A program made the position numbers and the translations under genes. Of a stretch of DNA of 64,000 bases, positions 9,554 through 20,400 are shown one piece after another. This DNA comes from a bacterium. GTDB lineage: Bacteria; UBA8248. Every line of letters starts with the position of its first letter. Positions within the stretch are counted from its first letter, which is position 1. The DNA is taken from assembly GCA_965204535.1 (NCBI GenBank), contig OZ241996.1, forward strand, positions 288,001-352,000, in the 5' to 3' direction. The notes under the pieces are model-generated. The model did not search any database, was not told the origin of the DNA, and was given only the letters and a program-made list of their open reading frames with translations.

Positions 9554-11017
9554 TTGAGTCTGCAGCTATACAACACTTTGACGAAGATGAAAGAACCCTT
9601 CGTGCCCTTGGAAGAAGGCCGCGTGAAGATGTATGTGTGCGGGGTGACGGTGTACGACCACTGCCATCTCGGCCACGCGCGCGCCGCCATCGTTTTCGAC
9701 GTGATTCACCGCTATTTCGAATACCGCGGCTACGATGTTCTCTTCGTGTGCAACTTCACGGACGTGGACGACAAGATCATCGCCCGCGCCAGGCGTCTCA
9801 AGATTCCCATCAATGAGCTGACAGAGAAGTTCATCGGCGAATACTACGTCGACATGGATGCGCTCGGCGTTCGGCGGGCGGACATCGCCCCGCGCGCCAC
9901 GGAGAACATCGAGGGCATGATCGAGATGATCGAAAAACTCATCGAGAAGGGAATCGCCTACGAAGTCGCGGGCAACGTGTATTACGACATCGAGAAATTC
10001 GCAGACTACGGCAAGCTCTCGGGCCGCAACACCGAGGAACTCGAAGCCGGCCACCGCATCGAACCGGGCGAGGGCAAGCGCAACCCGCTCGACTTCACCC
10101 TCTGGAAGACGGCGAAGCCCGGCGAGCCCGAATGGGAGAGTCCCTGGGGGCCTGGCCGCCCCGGCTGGCACATTGAGTGCTCCGTCATGTCGAGCCGATA
10201 TCTGGGCGATCGTTTCGACATCCACGGCGGGGGGGAGGATCTGGTGTTCCCCCACCATGAGAACGAGATTGCGCAGAGCGAGGGCTGCTTCGGGCACGAG
10301 TGGGTGCGCTACTGGGTGCACAACGGCTTCGTGCAGATCAACCACGAGAAGATGAGCAAATCGAAGGGCAACTTCTTCACCATCAAGGCGATTCTGGAAG
10401 ACCACCCCGCCGAGGTGATCCGCTATTTCCTGCTGGGGACGCACTACAGGCACCCGGTGGATTATTCGGATCAGGTGGTGGGTGAGGCGAGGAAAGGGCT
10501 GGACAGGCTCTACAACGTGCGGCTCAGGCTCGCGCGAAGCGGCGGGGAGGATACGGGTGGCTGGCGCGAGCGGGTGGAGGAGGAGGCCGCCGCCTTCCGC
10601 GCCCAGTTCACCGAAGCGATGGACGATGACTTCAACACCGCGCGCGCCCTGGGGTATCTCTTCGACTTCGCGCGCCGGATAAACGGATTCATCAACGAGG
10701 CGGGCGCGCTGCCCGAATCCGCAGCCGCCCTTGCGCGCGGCGTATTCGAGGAGGTGGGCGAAGTTCTGGGTCTGTTCGCCCACCCGCCCGAGGAGTGGTT
10801 CCGAAGCGCCGCGGGCGCTCTGTCCTCGGATGGGGATGAGGAACAAAACGGCGTCCTGCGCGATGAGGATATAGAAAACCTGCTCGAAAAACGCGCGCAG
10901 GCGCGGGCGAGCAGGGATTTCCCCGAGGCCGACCGGATCCGGGAGGAACTCGCGGAGGCCGGCATCGTCCTGGAAGACGGCCCCGACGGCACCCTCTGGA
11001 AGCGAAGGGTACCGTGA
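9554..11017 (+). CDS. cysS: Cysteine--tRNA ligase
   Basis: CGVTVYD..HLGH, GRPGWHIEC and KMSKS motifs; TTG start. Confidence 0.97.
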   Translation: MSLQLYNTLTKMKEPFVPLEEGRVKMYVCGVTVYDHCHLGHARAAIVFDVIHRYFEYRGYDVLFVCNFTDVDDKIIARARRLKIPINELTEKFIGEYYVDMDALGVRRADIAPRATENIEGMIEMIEKLIEKGIAYEVAGNVYYDIEKFADYGKLSGRNTEELEAGHRIEPGEGKRNPLDFTLWKTAKPGEPEWESPWGPGRPGWHIECSVMSSRYLGDRFDIHGGGEDLVFPHHENEIAQSEGCFGHEWVRYWVHNGFVQINHEKMSKSKGNFFTIKAILEDHPAEVIRYFLLGTHYRHPVDYSDQVVGEARKGLDRLYNVRLRLARSGGEDTGGWRERVEEEAAAFRAQFTEAMDDDFNTARALGYLFDFARRINGFINEAGALPESAAALARGVFEEVGEVLGLFAHPPEEWFRSAAGALSSDGDEEQNGVLRDEDIENLLEKRAQARASRDFPEADRIREELAEAGIVLEDGPDGTLWKRRVP

Positions 11018-11088
11018 ACGCCGCGCGGGGGCGAGGCCGAAGGTTCCGGTCTCGCCGGGTTTCATCTCATCACCGAAGAGCATAACCC

Positions 11089-11853
11089 TTGAAACGGAAA
11101 CCCGAATACGTCTGCGGGGCGCACAGCGTGCCGGCGGCTCTCGCGCGCGGGCCGGGGCGGGTGAAGCGGCTCCTCATTGCCGATGGCCGCCGGAGCCGCC
11201 GGGTGTCCGAGGCGGTGCGGCTCGCGGAGTCATCCGGCATACCCGTCGAGGTGCTCGACTCCAGGAAACTCGCGAAAATGGCCGCCACGGCGCAGCATCA
11301 AAGCCTGGTGGCGGAGGTGCATCCCACGCCGCTTCTCTCACTCGATGATCTCATCGAAGCGCAACCCGCGGCGGCTCCGCCCGTTTTACTGCTCGACGGG
11401 GTGCAGGACCCGAGGAATTTCGGCGCTATCCTGAGGAGCGCGGCGGCTCTGGGGGCGGGCGGGGTGGTCTGGCCGAAGGATGGGGCCGTGGGCCTCACGC
11501 CCGTCGCCGCGAAGGCGGCCGCGGGCGCGCTGGAGGTCGTGCCGCTCGCGCGCGTGACGAATCTGGCCCGCGCCGTCTCCGCGCTCAAGGAAGCGGGCTA
11601 CTGGGCGCTGGCGGCGGATGCGCGAGGCGATAAGACGCTGGGCGTCGATGAATTGCCCCGGCCCTGTTGTCTGGTCATCGGAGCGGAGGGCAGGGGCGTG
11701 CGGCCGCTCGTGTTGAAGAACTGCGACGTGCGCGTGCGGATTCCCATGGAGGAGGGCGTGGTGTCTTCGCTGAATGCCTCGGTCGCCGCGGCGATCCTGC
11801 TCCACGGATTATGCGAGAATCGCGCGGAGGACGAGGGCGCGGCTCAGGTGTAG
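11089..11853 (+). CDS. rlmB: 23S rRNA Gm2251 methyltransferase (SPOUT)
   Basis: DGVQDPRNFGAILRS, GAEGRG and SLNASVA motifs; follows cysS. Confidence 0.9.
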   Translation: MKRKPEYVCGAHSVPAALARGPGRVKRLLIADGRRSRRVSEAVRLAESSGIPVEVLDSRKLAKMAATAQHQSLVAEVHPTPLLSLDDLIEAQPAAAPPVLLLDGVQDPRNFGAILRSAAALGAGGVVWPKDGAVGLTPVAAKAAAGALEVVPLARVTNLARAVSALKEAGYWALAADARGDKTLGVDELPRPCCLVIGAEGRGVRPLVLKNCDVRVRIPMEEGVVSSLNASVAAAILLHGLCENRAEDEGAAQV

Positions 11854-11943
11854 GCCTCTCCCTCGTGGGCGCCTTGATATCCGGGGTCGAACCCCCGACC
11901 CTGCGCTCCTTGCGTTTCGCTCTCTCCAGGGGGATAAAGGGGG

Positions 11944-11972
11944 TTGACAAGGTGCGTCGGTGGGCCTAATTT
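11944..11972 (+). promoter_or_regulatory. Sigma70-type promoter of the tRNA-tuf operon
   Basis: TTGACA-17 bp-TAATTT just upstream of tRNA-Thr. Confidence 0.65.
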
Positions 11973-11987
11973 AACCCGCCTTTGCGG

Positions 11988-12063
11988 GCTGGCGTAGCTC
12001 AGCTGGTAGAGCAGCTGATTTGTAATCAGCAGGTCGGAGGTTCGAGTCCTCTCGCCAGCTCCA
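11988..12063 (+). tRNA. tRNA-Thr(TGT)
   Basis: GCTGGCG/CGCCAGC acceptor stem, CTGAT-TTGTAAT-CAG anticodon arm, TTCGA T-loop, CCA end. Confidence 0.96.
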
Positions 12064-12182
12064 CGGCGGGACGCGCCTCCCGGACATCTTGGATAAGATA
12101 GAAACGGCTTCGGGGAGTCGATGGTTCCCGCGAGGTTTTTTTGATAGCTTTTATGGTTGTTTTTGAGGAACGGCGGTTTTCC

Positions 12183-12267
12183 GGGGAGGTTCCCGAGTGG
12201 CCAAAGGGATCAGACTGTAAATCTGACGGCTCAGCCTTCGGAGGTTCGAATCCTCCCCTCCCCACCA
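12183..12267 (+). tRNA. tRNA-Tyr(GTA)
   Basis: Cloverleaf with CTGTAAA anticodon loop, long variable arm, ACCA end. Confidence 0.96.
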
Positions 12268-12315
12268 GCAGACAGATAGTCGGGACGCTTTGAGACGGGC
12301 GCTTTGGATTCAGAA

Positions 12316-12391
12316 GCGGGAATAGCTCAGATGGTAGAGCATCAGCCTTCCAAGCTGAGGGTCGCGGGTTCGAGCCCCGTTTCCCGCTCCA
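12316..12391 (+). tRNA. tRNA-Gly(TCC)
   Basis: GCGGGAA/TTCCCGC acceptor stem, CTTCCAA anticodon loop, TCCA end. Confidence 0.96.
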
Positions 12392-12571
12392 GGATGATTC
12401 GAGGCTTTCGCCTTTTCTTGATATGAGTTTCATTCGTGTGGATTTTGGCTCCCGGGGTTGCTCTGGACGGGATAAGTTGTATTATCCGCCCGGAGCGAAT
12501 GCCGGGGGTCATCGTTCGCCGAGGTTGCTCCGGCTGAAACAAATGATGTTCGCATGCCCGGGGCGTAGCCG

Positions 12572-12647
12572 GCCCACGTAGCTCAGCCGGCAGAGCACTT
12601 CCTTGGTAAGGAAGAGGTCACCGGTTCAAGTCCGGTCGTGGGCTCCA
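12572..12647 (+). tRNA. tRNA-Thr(GGT)
   Basis: GCCCACG/CGTGGGC acceptor stem, TTGGTAA anticodon loop, CCA end; directly upstream of tuf. Confidence 0.96.
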
Positions 12648-12877
12648 GGGCAGGCGAAGTTCATTGAAATTTCGAGGTTCGTGCATTATTCTGCAAGCAG
12701 CATGAAACGCCCTGGAATCCCTCGGGTTCGCATGGTTTCCCTTTGGCGATGGACAAGGTTTCGGCCGAGCGGGTATAAAGGCGCGTTTTTCGGGAATGGC
12801 AAGGTAGAGAGGAAAGGGTTCCTCTCCCCATGAAGATAATTGTTTTTTGAATATTCAACAGAAGGAGAATTCGCGTC

Positions 12878-14056
12878 ATGGCGAAGGCGAAGTTTGAGCG
12901 CACGAAGCCGCACGTGAACGTGGGGACGATAGGTCACGTGGACCACGGGAAGACGACGTTGACGGCCGCGATCACGAGGCACCTCTCGCAGAAGGGGATG
13001 GCGGAGGAGATCGGGTTCGACGAGATCGACAAGGCGCCCGAAGAACGCGAGCGGGGTATCACGATAGCGACGGCGCACGTGGAGTACGAGACGGAGAACC
13101 GCCACTACGCGCACGTGGACTGTCCGGGCCATGCGGACTACGTGAAGAACATGATAACGGGCGCGGCGCAGATGGACGGCGCGATACTGGTGGTTTCGGC
13201 GGCGGACGGACCGATGCCGCAGACGCGCGAGCACATCCTGCTGGCCCGCCAGGTGGGGGTACCCTACATCTGCGTGTATCTCAACAAAGTCGATATGGTG
13301 GACGACGAGGAGCTCCTGGAGCTGGTCGAGCTGGAAGTCCGCGAGCTTCTCTCGACCTACGAGTTCCCGGGCGACGACATCCCGGTGGTGCCGGGTTCTG
13401 CGCTACGGGCACTTGAGGGGAGCGACACCTCCTCGATAGACGATTTGATGGAGGCGGTGGACGGCTATATCCCCGAACCCGTACGCGACGTCGACAAACC
13501 GTTCCTGATGCCGGTGGAGGACGTTTTCTCGATATCGGGCCGGGGAACGGTGGCGACGGGCCGCGTGGAGCGCGGGATCGTGAACGTTGGGGATGAGGTG
13601 GAGATCGTGGGCATCACGGACACGAGGAAGACCGTCGCCACGGGCGTTGAGATGTTCCGGAAGCTCCTGGATCAGGGCCAGGCGGGCGACAACGTGGGGG
13701 TATTGCTCCGGGGTGTGAAGAAAGACGAGATAGAGCGCGGTCAGGTTTTGGCGGAGCCTGCGTCGATCAAGCCGCACCTCAAGTTCAAGGGCGAGGTGTA
13801 CATCCTGACGAAAGAAGAGGGCGGTCGCCACACGCCGTTTTTCAACGGGTACCGTCCGCAGTTTTATTTCCGGACGACGGACGTGACGGGACTGGTGACG
13901 CTGCCCGAGGGCCGGGAGATGGTGATGCCCGGGGACAACGTATCGCTGGACGTGGAGTTGATCACGCCGATAGCGATGGAGCGCGAGCTACGCTTCGCGA
14001 TACGCGAGGGGGGCCGCACGGTGGGGGCCGGCGTCGTCACCGAGGTCGTCGAGTAG
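12878..14056 (+). CDS. tuf: Elongation factor Tu (copy 1)
   Basis: [21 protein letters not shown] and [11 protein letters not shown] motifs. Confidence 0.99.
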   Translation: MAKAKFERTKPHVNVGTIGHVDHGKTTLTAAITRHLSQKGMAEEIGFDEIDKAPEERERGITIATAHVEYETENRHYAHVDCPGHADYVKNMITGAAQMDGAILVVSAADGPMPQTREHILLARQVGVPYICVYLNKVDMVDDEELLELVELEVRELLSTYEFPGDDIPVVPGSALRALEGSDTSSIDDLMEAVDGYIPEPVRDVDKPFLMPVEDVFSISGRGTVATGRVERGIVNVGDEVEIVGITDTRKTVATGVEMFRKLLDQGQAGDNVGVLLRGVKKDEIERGQVLAEPASIKPHLKFKGEVYILTKEEGGRHTPFFNGYRPQFYFRTTDVTGLVTLPEGREMVMPGDNVSLDVELITPIAMERELRFAIREGGRTVGAGVVTEVVE

Positions 14057-14097
14057 AGCGGACAAGGCGGTCGTTTCGGAACAATAAAGGTTTTCAC

Positions 14098-14174
14098 AGG
14101 CCAGTGGCTCAATTTGGTAGAGCACCGGACTCCAAATCCGGCGGTTGGGGGTTCGAGTCCCTCCTGGCCTGCCA
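14098..14174 (+). tRNA. tRNA-Trp(CCA)
   Basis: AGGCCAG/CTGGCCT acceptor stem, CTCCAAA anticodon loop, GCCA end; before secE. Confidence 0.96.
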
Positions 14175-14233
14175 TGAACCCGGGGCCGGGCCTTGATTCG
14201 AAAACGTCGTAAGCGGCTGCGGAGAGCGGATGT

Positions 14234-14449
14234 ATGAATAACAAGGTGATGGGCTGGATTCATCAGGGGCGCACCTTTCTGCGTGACGTGCAGAGCGAAG
14301 CGAAGCGCGTGACGTGGCTCGATATGCGCCAGACGGCGGCGCAAACCGCCATGGCCCTCGTGTTCGTCTTCATCATTGCGATATATTTGGGGCTCGTCGA
14401 CTTGGCGTTGTCCCGAGCCGTCAGCTATTTCCTCAATTTCGGCTTCTAA
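14234..14449 (+). CDS. secE: Preprotein translocase subunit SecE
   Basis: FLRDVQSEAKRVTW motif plus one TM helix; between tRNA-Trp and nusG. Confidence 0.93.
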   Translation: MNNKVMGWIHQGRTFLRDVQSEAKRVTWLDMRQTAAQTAMALVFVFIIAIYLGLVDLALSRAVSYFLNFGF

Positions 14450-14463
14450 GTCAGGATTCCGGC

Positions 14464-14991
14464 ATGTCCATGAACTGGTACGTGGTGCACACTTATTCGG
14501 GTTTTGAAAACAAGGTGAAGCGCTCGATCGAAGAGCAGTTTCGCGGGAAGGAATACGAGGAGAAACTCGGTGAAATCGTGGTTCCCACCGAGCAGGTGGT
14601 GAAGGTGAAGGGCGGGAAGAGGCGCACGACCAACCGGAAATTCTTCCCCGGCTACATCCTGATTAAGATGGAGTGCGACGAGGACACCTGGTATGTCGTC
14701 AAGAACACGCCGAAGGTAACGGGTTTTCTGGGCGGAACGGCGCCGAGTCCCCTTTCTGAAGGCGAGATGGAAAACATCCTCAAGCAGATGAGCGGAGAGG
14801 CCGAGAAGCCCAAGCCCAAGATCGATTTCGAAAAAGGCGAGAGCATCCGGGTGATAGACGGGCCTTTCGTGAACTTCACCGGCGAGATCGACGAGGTTCA
14901 CGCCGACAGAGGAAAGCTCAAGGTCATGGTCAGCATTTTCGGCCGGGCGACGCCCGTGGAACTCGAGATGCTCCAGGTGGAGAAGGTATAG
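14464..14991 (+). CDS. nusG: Transcription termination/antitermination factor NusG
   Basis: WYVVHTYSGFE, FFPGY, KOW motif VIDGPF, SIFGRATPVEL. Confidence 0.97.
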   Translation: MSMNWYVVHTYSGFENKVKRSIEEQFRGKEYEEKLGEIVVPTEQVVKVKGGKRRTTNRKFFPGYILIKMECDEDTWYVVKNTPKVTGFLGGTAPSPLSEGEMENILKQMSGEAEKPKPKIDFEKGESIRVIDGPFVNFTGEIDEVHADRGKLKVMVSIFGRATPVELEMLQVEKV

Positions 14992-15093
14992 GGAAGAAAA
15001 GGTTTATCGGAGGCGCGGCGTTCGCCGCGTCCGGGAGATAGAGCGAGGCGCAGCCCGGGCAAGTCTCAGGCTTTGTCGCTCCGAGAGGGGAAA

Positions 15094-15519
15094 ATGGCGA
15101 AAGAAGCGGTTGGCATCATCAAACTTCAAATACCGGCCGGTCAGGCGAACCCCGCCCCGCCCGTCGGTCCCGCGCTCGGCCAGCAGGGCGTGAACATCAT
15201 GGAGTTCTGCAAGGCCTTCAACGCGCAGACCCAGGGCAAGGAGGGCACGATCATACCGGTCGTGATCTCGGTGTACGCGGACAAGAGCTTCACCTTCATC
15301 ATGAAGAGTCCGCCGGCCTCCGCTCTCCTCAAACAGGCCGCCGCCCTGGCGAAAGGCTCCTCCGAACCCGGACGCGAGGGTGTCGGCAGCGTGACGCGAA
15401 AACAACTCGAGGAAATCGCGGAGATCAAGAAAGAGGACCTGAACAGCGCCGACCTCGACGGGGCCGTCCGGATCATCGAGGGTACGGCCCGCAGCATGGG
15501 GATCGAGGTCAGCGGGTAG
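15094..15519 (+). CDS. rplK: 50S ribosomal protein L11
   Basis: [13 protein letters not shown] and GTARSMG motifs. Confidence 0.98.
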   Translation: MAKEAVGIIKLQIPAGQANPAPPVGPALGQQGVNIMEFCKAFNAQTQGKEGTIIPVVISVYADKSFTFIMKSPPASALLKQAAALAKGSSEPGREGVGSVTRKQLEEIAEIKKEDLNSADLDGAVRIIEGTARSMGIEVSG

Positions 15520-15533
15520 TTTTTATTTTACCA

Positions 15534-15570
15534 GGTGGGAGGCGTCCGCTCCGGGCGTCGTTCGAACCAC
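15534..15570 (+). promoter_or_regulatory. L1-binding autoregulatory leader upstream of rplA
   Basis: GTGGGAG-hairpin-GAACCAC architecture immediately before the rplA RBS. Confidence 0.6.
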
Positions 15571-15588
15571 GAAGGAGGAGGCAGGCGA

Positions 15589-16293
15589 ATGCCCAGGCAC
15601 GGCAGGAAATACAAAGAAGCCCGGGAGCGGATCGATAGGGAAAAACAGATTCCGCTCGCAGAGGCCGTTGGTTTGTTGAAGGAGATATCGACGGCGAAAT
15701 TCGACGAAACCGTCGAGATCAGCGCCAAACTCGGCGTCGACCCGCGCCATGCGGAGCAGATGGTGAGGGGAAGCGTCGCTTTGCCCAACGGCATCGGCAA
15801 GGAAGAGCGCGTCGTGGCGTTCGCCAAGGGCGAGAAAGTGGCCGAGGCCAAAGAGGCGGGCGCCGAGTACGTGGGTGCGGATGATCTGGCCGAGAAGATT
15901 CAGGGCGGCTGGATGGAGTTCGACCGCGTGGTGGCGACGCCGGACGTCATGAGCGTCGTGGGCAAGCTCGGGCGGGTGCTTGGCCCGCGCGGCATGATGC
16001 CCAACCCGAAATCCGGCACCGTCTCCTTCGACGTGGGCCGCATGGTTCGGGAGATCAAGGCGGGCAAGGTGGAATACCGCGTGGACAAGGCGGGCATTAT
16101 TCACGCCCCGGTCGGAAAGGTGAGTTTCGAAGAGAAGGCGCTCTCCGAGAACATCTCCGCAGTCGTGGATGCGCTCGTTCGCGCGAAGCCCGCGGCGAGC
16201 AAGGGGGTGTACTTCAAGGGCCTCACCATCTCCAGCACGATGGGGCCCGGCGTGAAGGTCGACCACCAGTCTCTTCTCGCGGCATTGAAATAG
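15589..16293 (+). CDS. rplA: 50S ribosomal protein L1
   Basis: [19 protein letters not shown] and STMGPG motifs. Confidence 0.98.
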   Translation: MPRHGRKYKEARERIDREKQIPLAEAVGLLKEISTAKFDETVEISAKLGVDPRHAEQMVRGSVALPNGIGKEERVVAFAKGEKVAEAKEAGAEYVGADDLAEKIQGGWMEFDRVVATPDVMSVVGKLGRVLGPRGMMPNPKSGTVSFDVGRMVREIKAGKVEYRVDKAGIIHAPVGKVSFEEKALSENISAVVDALVRAKPAASKGVYFKGLTISSTMGPGVKVDHQSLLAALK

Positions 16294-16305
16294 GGAGGCC
16301 CTGAA

Positions 16306-16866
16306 ATGGCGACAGCAGTTGTGGAGAAGGGGAGGCTGGCGACGGGCAAGGCGCCCCGCGAAGATAAGCTCGAGGCGATAGAGGTGCTCCAGACTCGTTT
16401 TAACGAGAGCACCTCTTTGGTGTTGTTCGACTACCGCGGGCTGAGCGTCGCGCAGATGACCGCGCTCAGGCGGCAAACGCGCGAAGCGGGCGTTCGGCTC
16501 TCCGTCGTCAAGAATTCGCTCACCGAGCGCGCGGTGGAGGGCACGGGTTTCGAGGAGTTGCAGGGAAGGCTCATCGGGCCGATTTCCATCGTGACGACCG
16601 ACGGCGACCCCTCGACGCCCGCCAAGATACTCAAGGAATTCGTGAAGAAAGAGTCCGCCGGCGAGATCAAGGGCGGGGTTCTGGACGGCAGATTTCTGGA
16701 AACCGCCGAAGTGGACTCGCTCGCGGAACTGCCCTCGCGCGATGTGCTGCTCTCGATGTTGCTCTCCGCCTTACAGGCCCCCGTGGCGGGTCTGCCGAGA
16801 GTTCTGAACGGCGTCGTTTCCCAACTCATAAATGTCGTCGACGCCATTGCCAAAAAGAAAGAATAA
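16306..16866 (+). CDS. rplJ: 50S ribosomal protein L10
   Basis: DYRGLSV, VVKNSL and LAELPSRD motifs; position in operon. Confidence 0.95.
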   Translation: MATAVVEKGRLATGKAPREDKLEAIEVLQTRFNESTSLVLFDYRGLSVAQMTALRRQTREAGVRLSVVKNSLTERAVEGTGFEELQGRLIGPISIVTTDGDPSTPAKILKEFVKKESAGEIKGGVLDGRFLETAEVDSLAELPSRDVLLSMLLSALQAPVAGLPRVLNGVVSQLINVVDAIAKKKE

Positions 16867-16976
16867 GTGTAATATAACTGTTTGCCCTTAGAAGGGGGGC
16901 AAACAGTGAAATTTTCAAGATAAAATGGCCTTGATCTGGCCGATGGTCTATTGCGATTGCGAGGAAAGGGCGAATT

Positions 16977-17360
16977 GTGGCGACCAAAGAAGAAGTAATC
17001 GATTTCATTGAAAACATGACGGTGATGGAGTTGAGCGACTTCGTCAAGGAGCTCGAGGAGAAGTTCGGCGTAACCGCGGCCGCGCCCATGATGGTGGCCG
17101 GAGCGGGAATGGCGGCGGGCGGCGACGCGGGCGAAGCGGCGGAGGAGCAAACCGATTTCACCGTCACCCTCAAAGCTTTTGGTTCAGAGAAAATCAAGGT
17201 TATCAAGACCGTCCGCGAACTGACCAATCTTGGTCTCAAGGAGGCGAAAGACTTGGTGGAGAGCGCACCCCAAGCCGTCGTGGAGGCGGTTCCCAAGGAA
17301 GACGCCGATGCTGCTGCCGATAAGCTCAAAGCGGTAGGCGCGGAGGTGGAAATCACATAG
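16977..17360 (+). CDS. rplL: 50S ribosomal protein L7/L12
   Basis: [17 protein letters not shown] and [11 protein letters not shown] motifs; GTG start. Confidence 0.98.
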   Translation: MATKEEVIDFIENMTVMELSDFVKELEEKFGVTAAAPMMVAGAGMAAGGDAGEAAEEQTDFTVTLKAFGSEKIKVIKTVRELTNLGLKEAKDLVESAPQAVVEAVPKEDADAAADKLKAVGAEVEIT

Positions 17361-17454
17361 GGCTCACCCGGGATGCCGATGGCCCGATCCCTGCCGGTCG
17401 CGGCGGGGTCGGCGCTTTACTCGTATCGCCCCCACTTTTTTGAGGTGAGCCGAC

Positions 17455-20400
17455 ATGAATATAAAAAATGGCAAGAACGGCCGTCGGGTTCGAGAGGATT
17501 TCGCCTCCATACCTGCGGTTATCGATATTCCGAATTTGATCGACATTCAGCTGTCTTCCTACGAACGATTTCTCCAATGGGAAGTGTTGCCCTCCGAGCG
17601 ACGTACGGACGAGGGTCTCGAGGGCGTGTTTCGCAGCGTCTTCCCCATCTCCGATGCCGCCGAGAATGTAACGCTCGAATACCTCGGCTATGAAATAGGC
17701 GTCTGGGAGTCGAAGGGCAACGAATATCCCGGCCTTGGCGGCCCCGGCGTGAAGGACGACGACGGGGTGGAGGTCTTCTGCCGGCAAAAGCACGAGGCGG
17801 ATGAATGCCGCCAGAGAGGGATGACCTACGTCGCGCCCCTGCGCGTCATGCTGCGCCTTACGGTGTACGAGCATGATGAGCAGACCAAGGAGCGCCGCGT
17901 CCGCGAGGTGAAGGAGCAAAAGGTATACTTGGGGGAAATCCCCCTGATGACGGAGAACGGCACCTTCATCATCAACGGCACGGAGCGGGTCGTCGTCAGC
18001 CAGATGCACCGCTCGCCCGGCGCCTTCTTCAGCGCGGACAAGGTGAAGCCCACCGCCAAATCGGCCTTTACGGCCCGGCTCATCCCCTACCGGGGAAGCT
18101 GGCTGGACTTCGAATTCGACAGCAAGGATTTGCTCTTCGTCCGAATCGACAGGCGCCGCAAACTTCCCGTCACCGTTCTGCTGCGCGCGTTCGGCCTGGA
18201 TAAAGACGATATTCTCAATTCTTTCTACCAGAGCGAGGAACTCTTCTACGACGAGAAGAGAGACACTTATTACAAGAAACTCTCCGAACTCATGGTGAAC
18301 CAGAGGATTTTCGAGGACATCGTCCTCCCCGAGACGGGCGAACTCGTTCTGCGGTCGGGGCGCAAGTTCACGCGCGCCGCTCTTCGGAAGCTTCAGTCCG
18401 CGGGCGTGGAGATTCTGGAACTCAAGGACGAGGAAGTCGTCGGGGGCATTCTGGCCCAGCCGGTGGCCGACCCCGAAACCGGCGAGGTGCTCTTCGACAC
18501 GAACCTCGAGATCACCTCCGAGGTTCTCGCCGCCCTGCGAGACAAGAAAATCCCCAAGCTGGCGATTCTCTACGTCTCCGGCGTGGGGGCGGACAGGACC
18601 ATCCGCGACACCCTGACGTCGGATAAATGCGAGACGCAAGAAGATGCTCTCGTCGAGATATACAAGCGCCTGCGCCCGGGCGATCCCCCGACGAAAGAAA
18701 CGGCGAGGCTCCTTTTCGAGAATCTTTTCTTCAACTCAAAGCGATATGACTTGTCGCGCATCGGACGCCTGAAGCTGAACACGAAGCTGGGCCTGAACCT
18801 CCCGCTGGATCAGAGAACCCTGACGCTCAACGACGTTATCGCCACGGTCCGCTACATCATCGAGCTTCGCCATGGTCAGGGGGTGGTGGACGACATCGAT
18901 CATCTCGGCAACCGGCGCGTGCGTTCCGTGGGCGAGTTGCTCGAAAGCCAGTTCCGCGTCGGTCTCGTGCGCATGGAGCGCGCCATCCGCGAGCGGCTGA
19001 GCATCCAGGACATGGAAAATCTGTTGGTGCGCGATCTGGTCAACTCCAAGATGATCACGGCGGCGGTGAAGGAATTTTTCGGTTCCAGCCAGTTGAGCCA
19101 GTTCATGGACCAGACGAATCCCCTCTCGGAGATCACCCACAAGCGCAGGCTCTCGGCCCTGGGACCCGGCGGCCTGACGCGCGACCGGGCCGGTTTCGAG
19201 GTGCGCGACGTTCATGCCACGCACTACGGCCGCATTTGCCCGATCGAGACGCCCGAGGGGCCGAACATCGGGCTGATTGCGAGCCTTTCCACGTATGCGC
19301 GCGTGAATCAGTACGGATTCATCGAAACGCCCTGCCGCAAGGTGGTGAACGGACGCGTGGGAGCATCGGTCGAATGGCTCTCGGCGATCGATGAGGACAA
19401 GTACAAGATCGCCCAGGCGAACGCGCCCGTGGACGATAAGGGCAACCTCGTCAACGAATTCGTTTCGGCGAGGACGAGCGGAGAGTTCGTCATGGTGCCC
19501 CGCGAGCAGGTGGACTACATGGACGTATCGCCCAAGCAGTTGGTGAGCGTGGCCACCTCCCTCATTCCCTTCCTGGAGAATGACGACGCGAACCGCGCGC
19601 TCATGGGTTCGAACATGCAGCGCCAGGCGGTTCCCCTGTTGCGGCCCGAGGCGCCCTTCGTCGGCACCGGCATGGAGGGAATCGCGGCAAGGGACTCGGG
19701 CGCGGTCGTCATCGCGCAATGCGACGGCCGTGTGGCGAGCGTGGACGCGACCAGAATCGTGATTCGCGCGACCGAGCAGGCGGGAAACCTGGCCGAAGAG
19801 GGCGTCTACATCCACAATCTGGTGAAGTACCGCCGTTCGAACCAGAATACCTGCATCAACCAGAAACCCATCGTACACGTGGGCCAGGAGGTGCAGAAGG
19901 GCGACATCATCGCGGATGGGTTCTCCACCGATCAGGGCGAGCTCGCTCTGGGCAGAAACATGCTTGTCGCCTTCATGCCCTGGAACGGCTACAACTTCGA
20001 GGACGCCATCGTCATCTCCGAAAAGGTGGTGAAGGAAGACATCTACACCTCCCTCCACATCGAGGAGTTCGAAATCGAGGCGCGCGACACGAAACAGGGC
20101 CCCGAGGAGATCACGCGCGACATCCCGAATCAGAGCGAAGAAGCCCTCCGCGACCTCGATGAGAGCGGCATCGTTCGCGTGGGCGCGCGGGTCAATCCGG
20201 GAGACGTGCTCGTCGGGCGCATCACGCCCAAAGGAGAGACGCAGCTGAGCCCCGAGGAGAAGCTCCTGCGGGCCATCTTCGGCGAGAAGGCGGGCGACGT
20301 CCGCGACTCCTCGCTCAGGGTGCCTCCGGGGATCGAGGGGACGGTCGTGGAAGTGCGCGTCTTCTCCAGGCGGGGCGCGGAGAAGGACGCCCGCATGCAG

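Noticed and set aside
11988-14174. Integrated element at the tRNA genes
   Set aside because: No integrase and no duplicated tRNA 3' end seen in the window
19075-19175. Possible resistance alleles in the rpoB rifampicin region (and rpsL K42/K87)
   Set aside because: The sequences match the susceptible consensus ([23 protein letters not shown]; PKKPNS, RVKDLPG)
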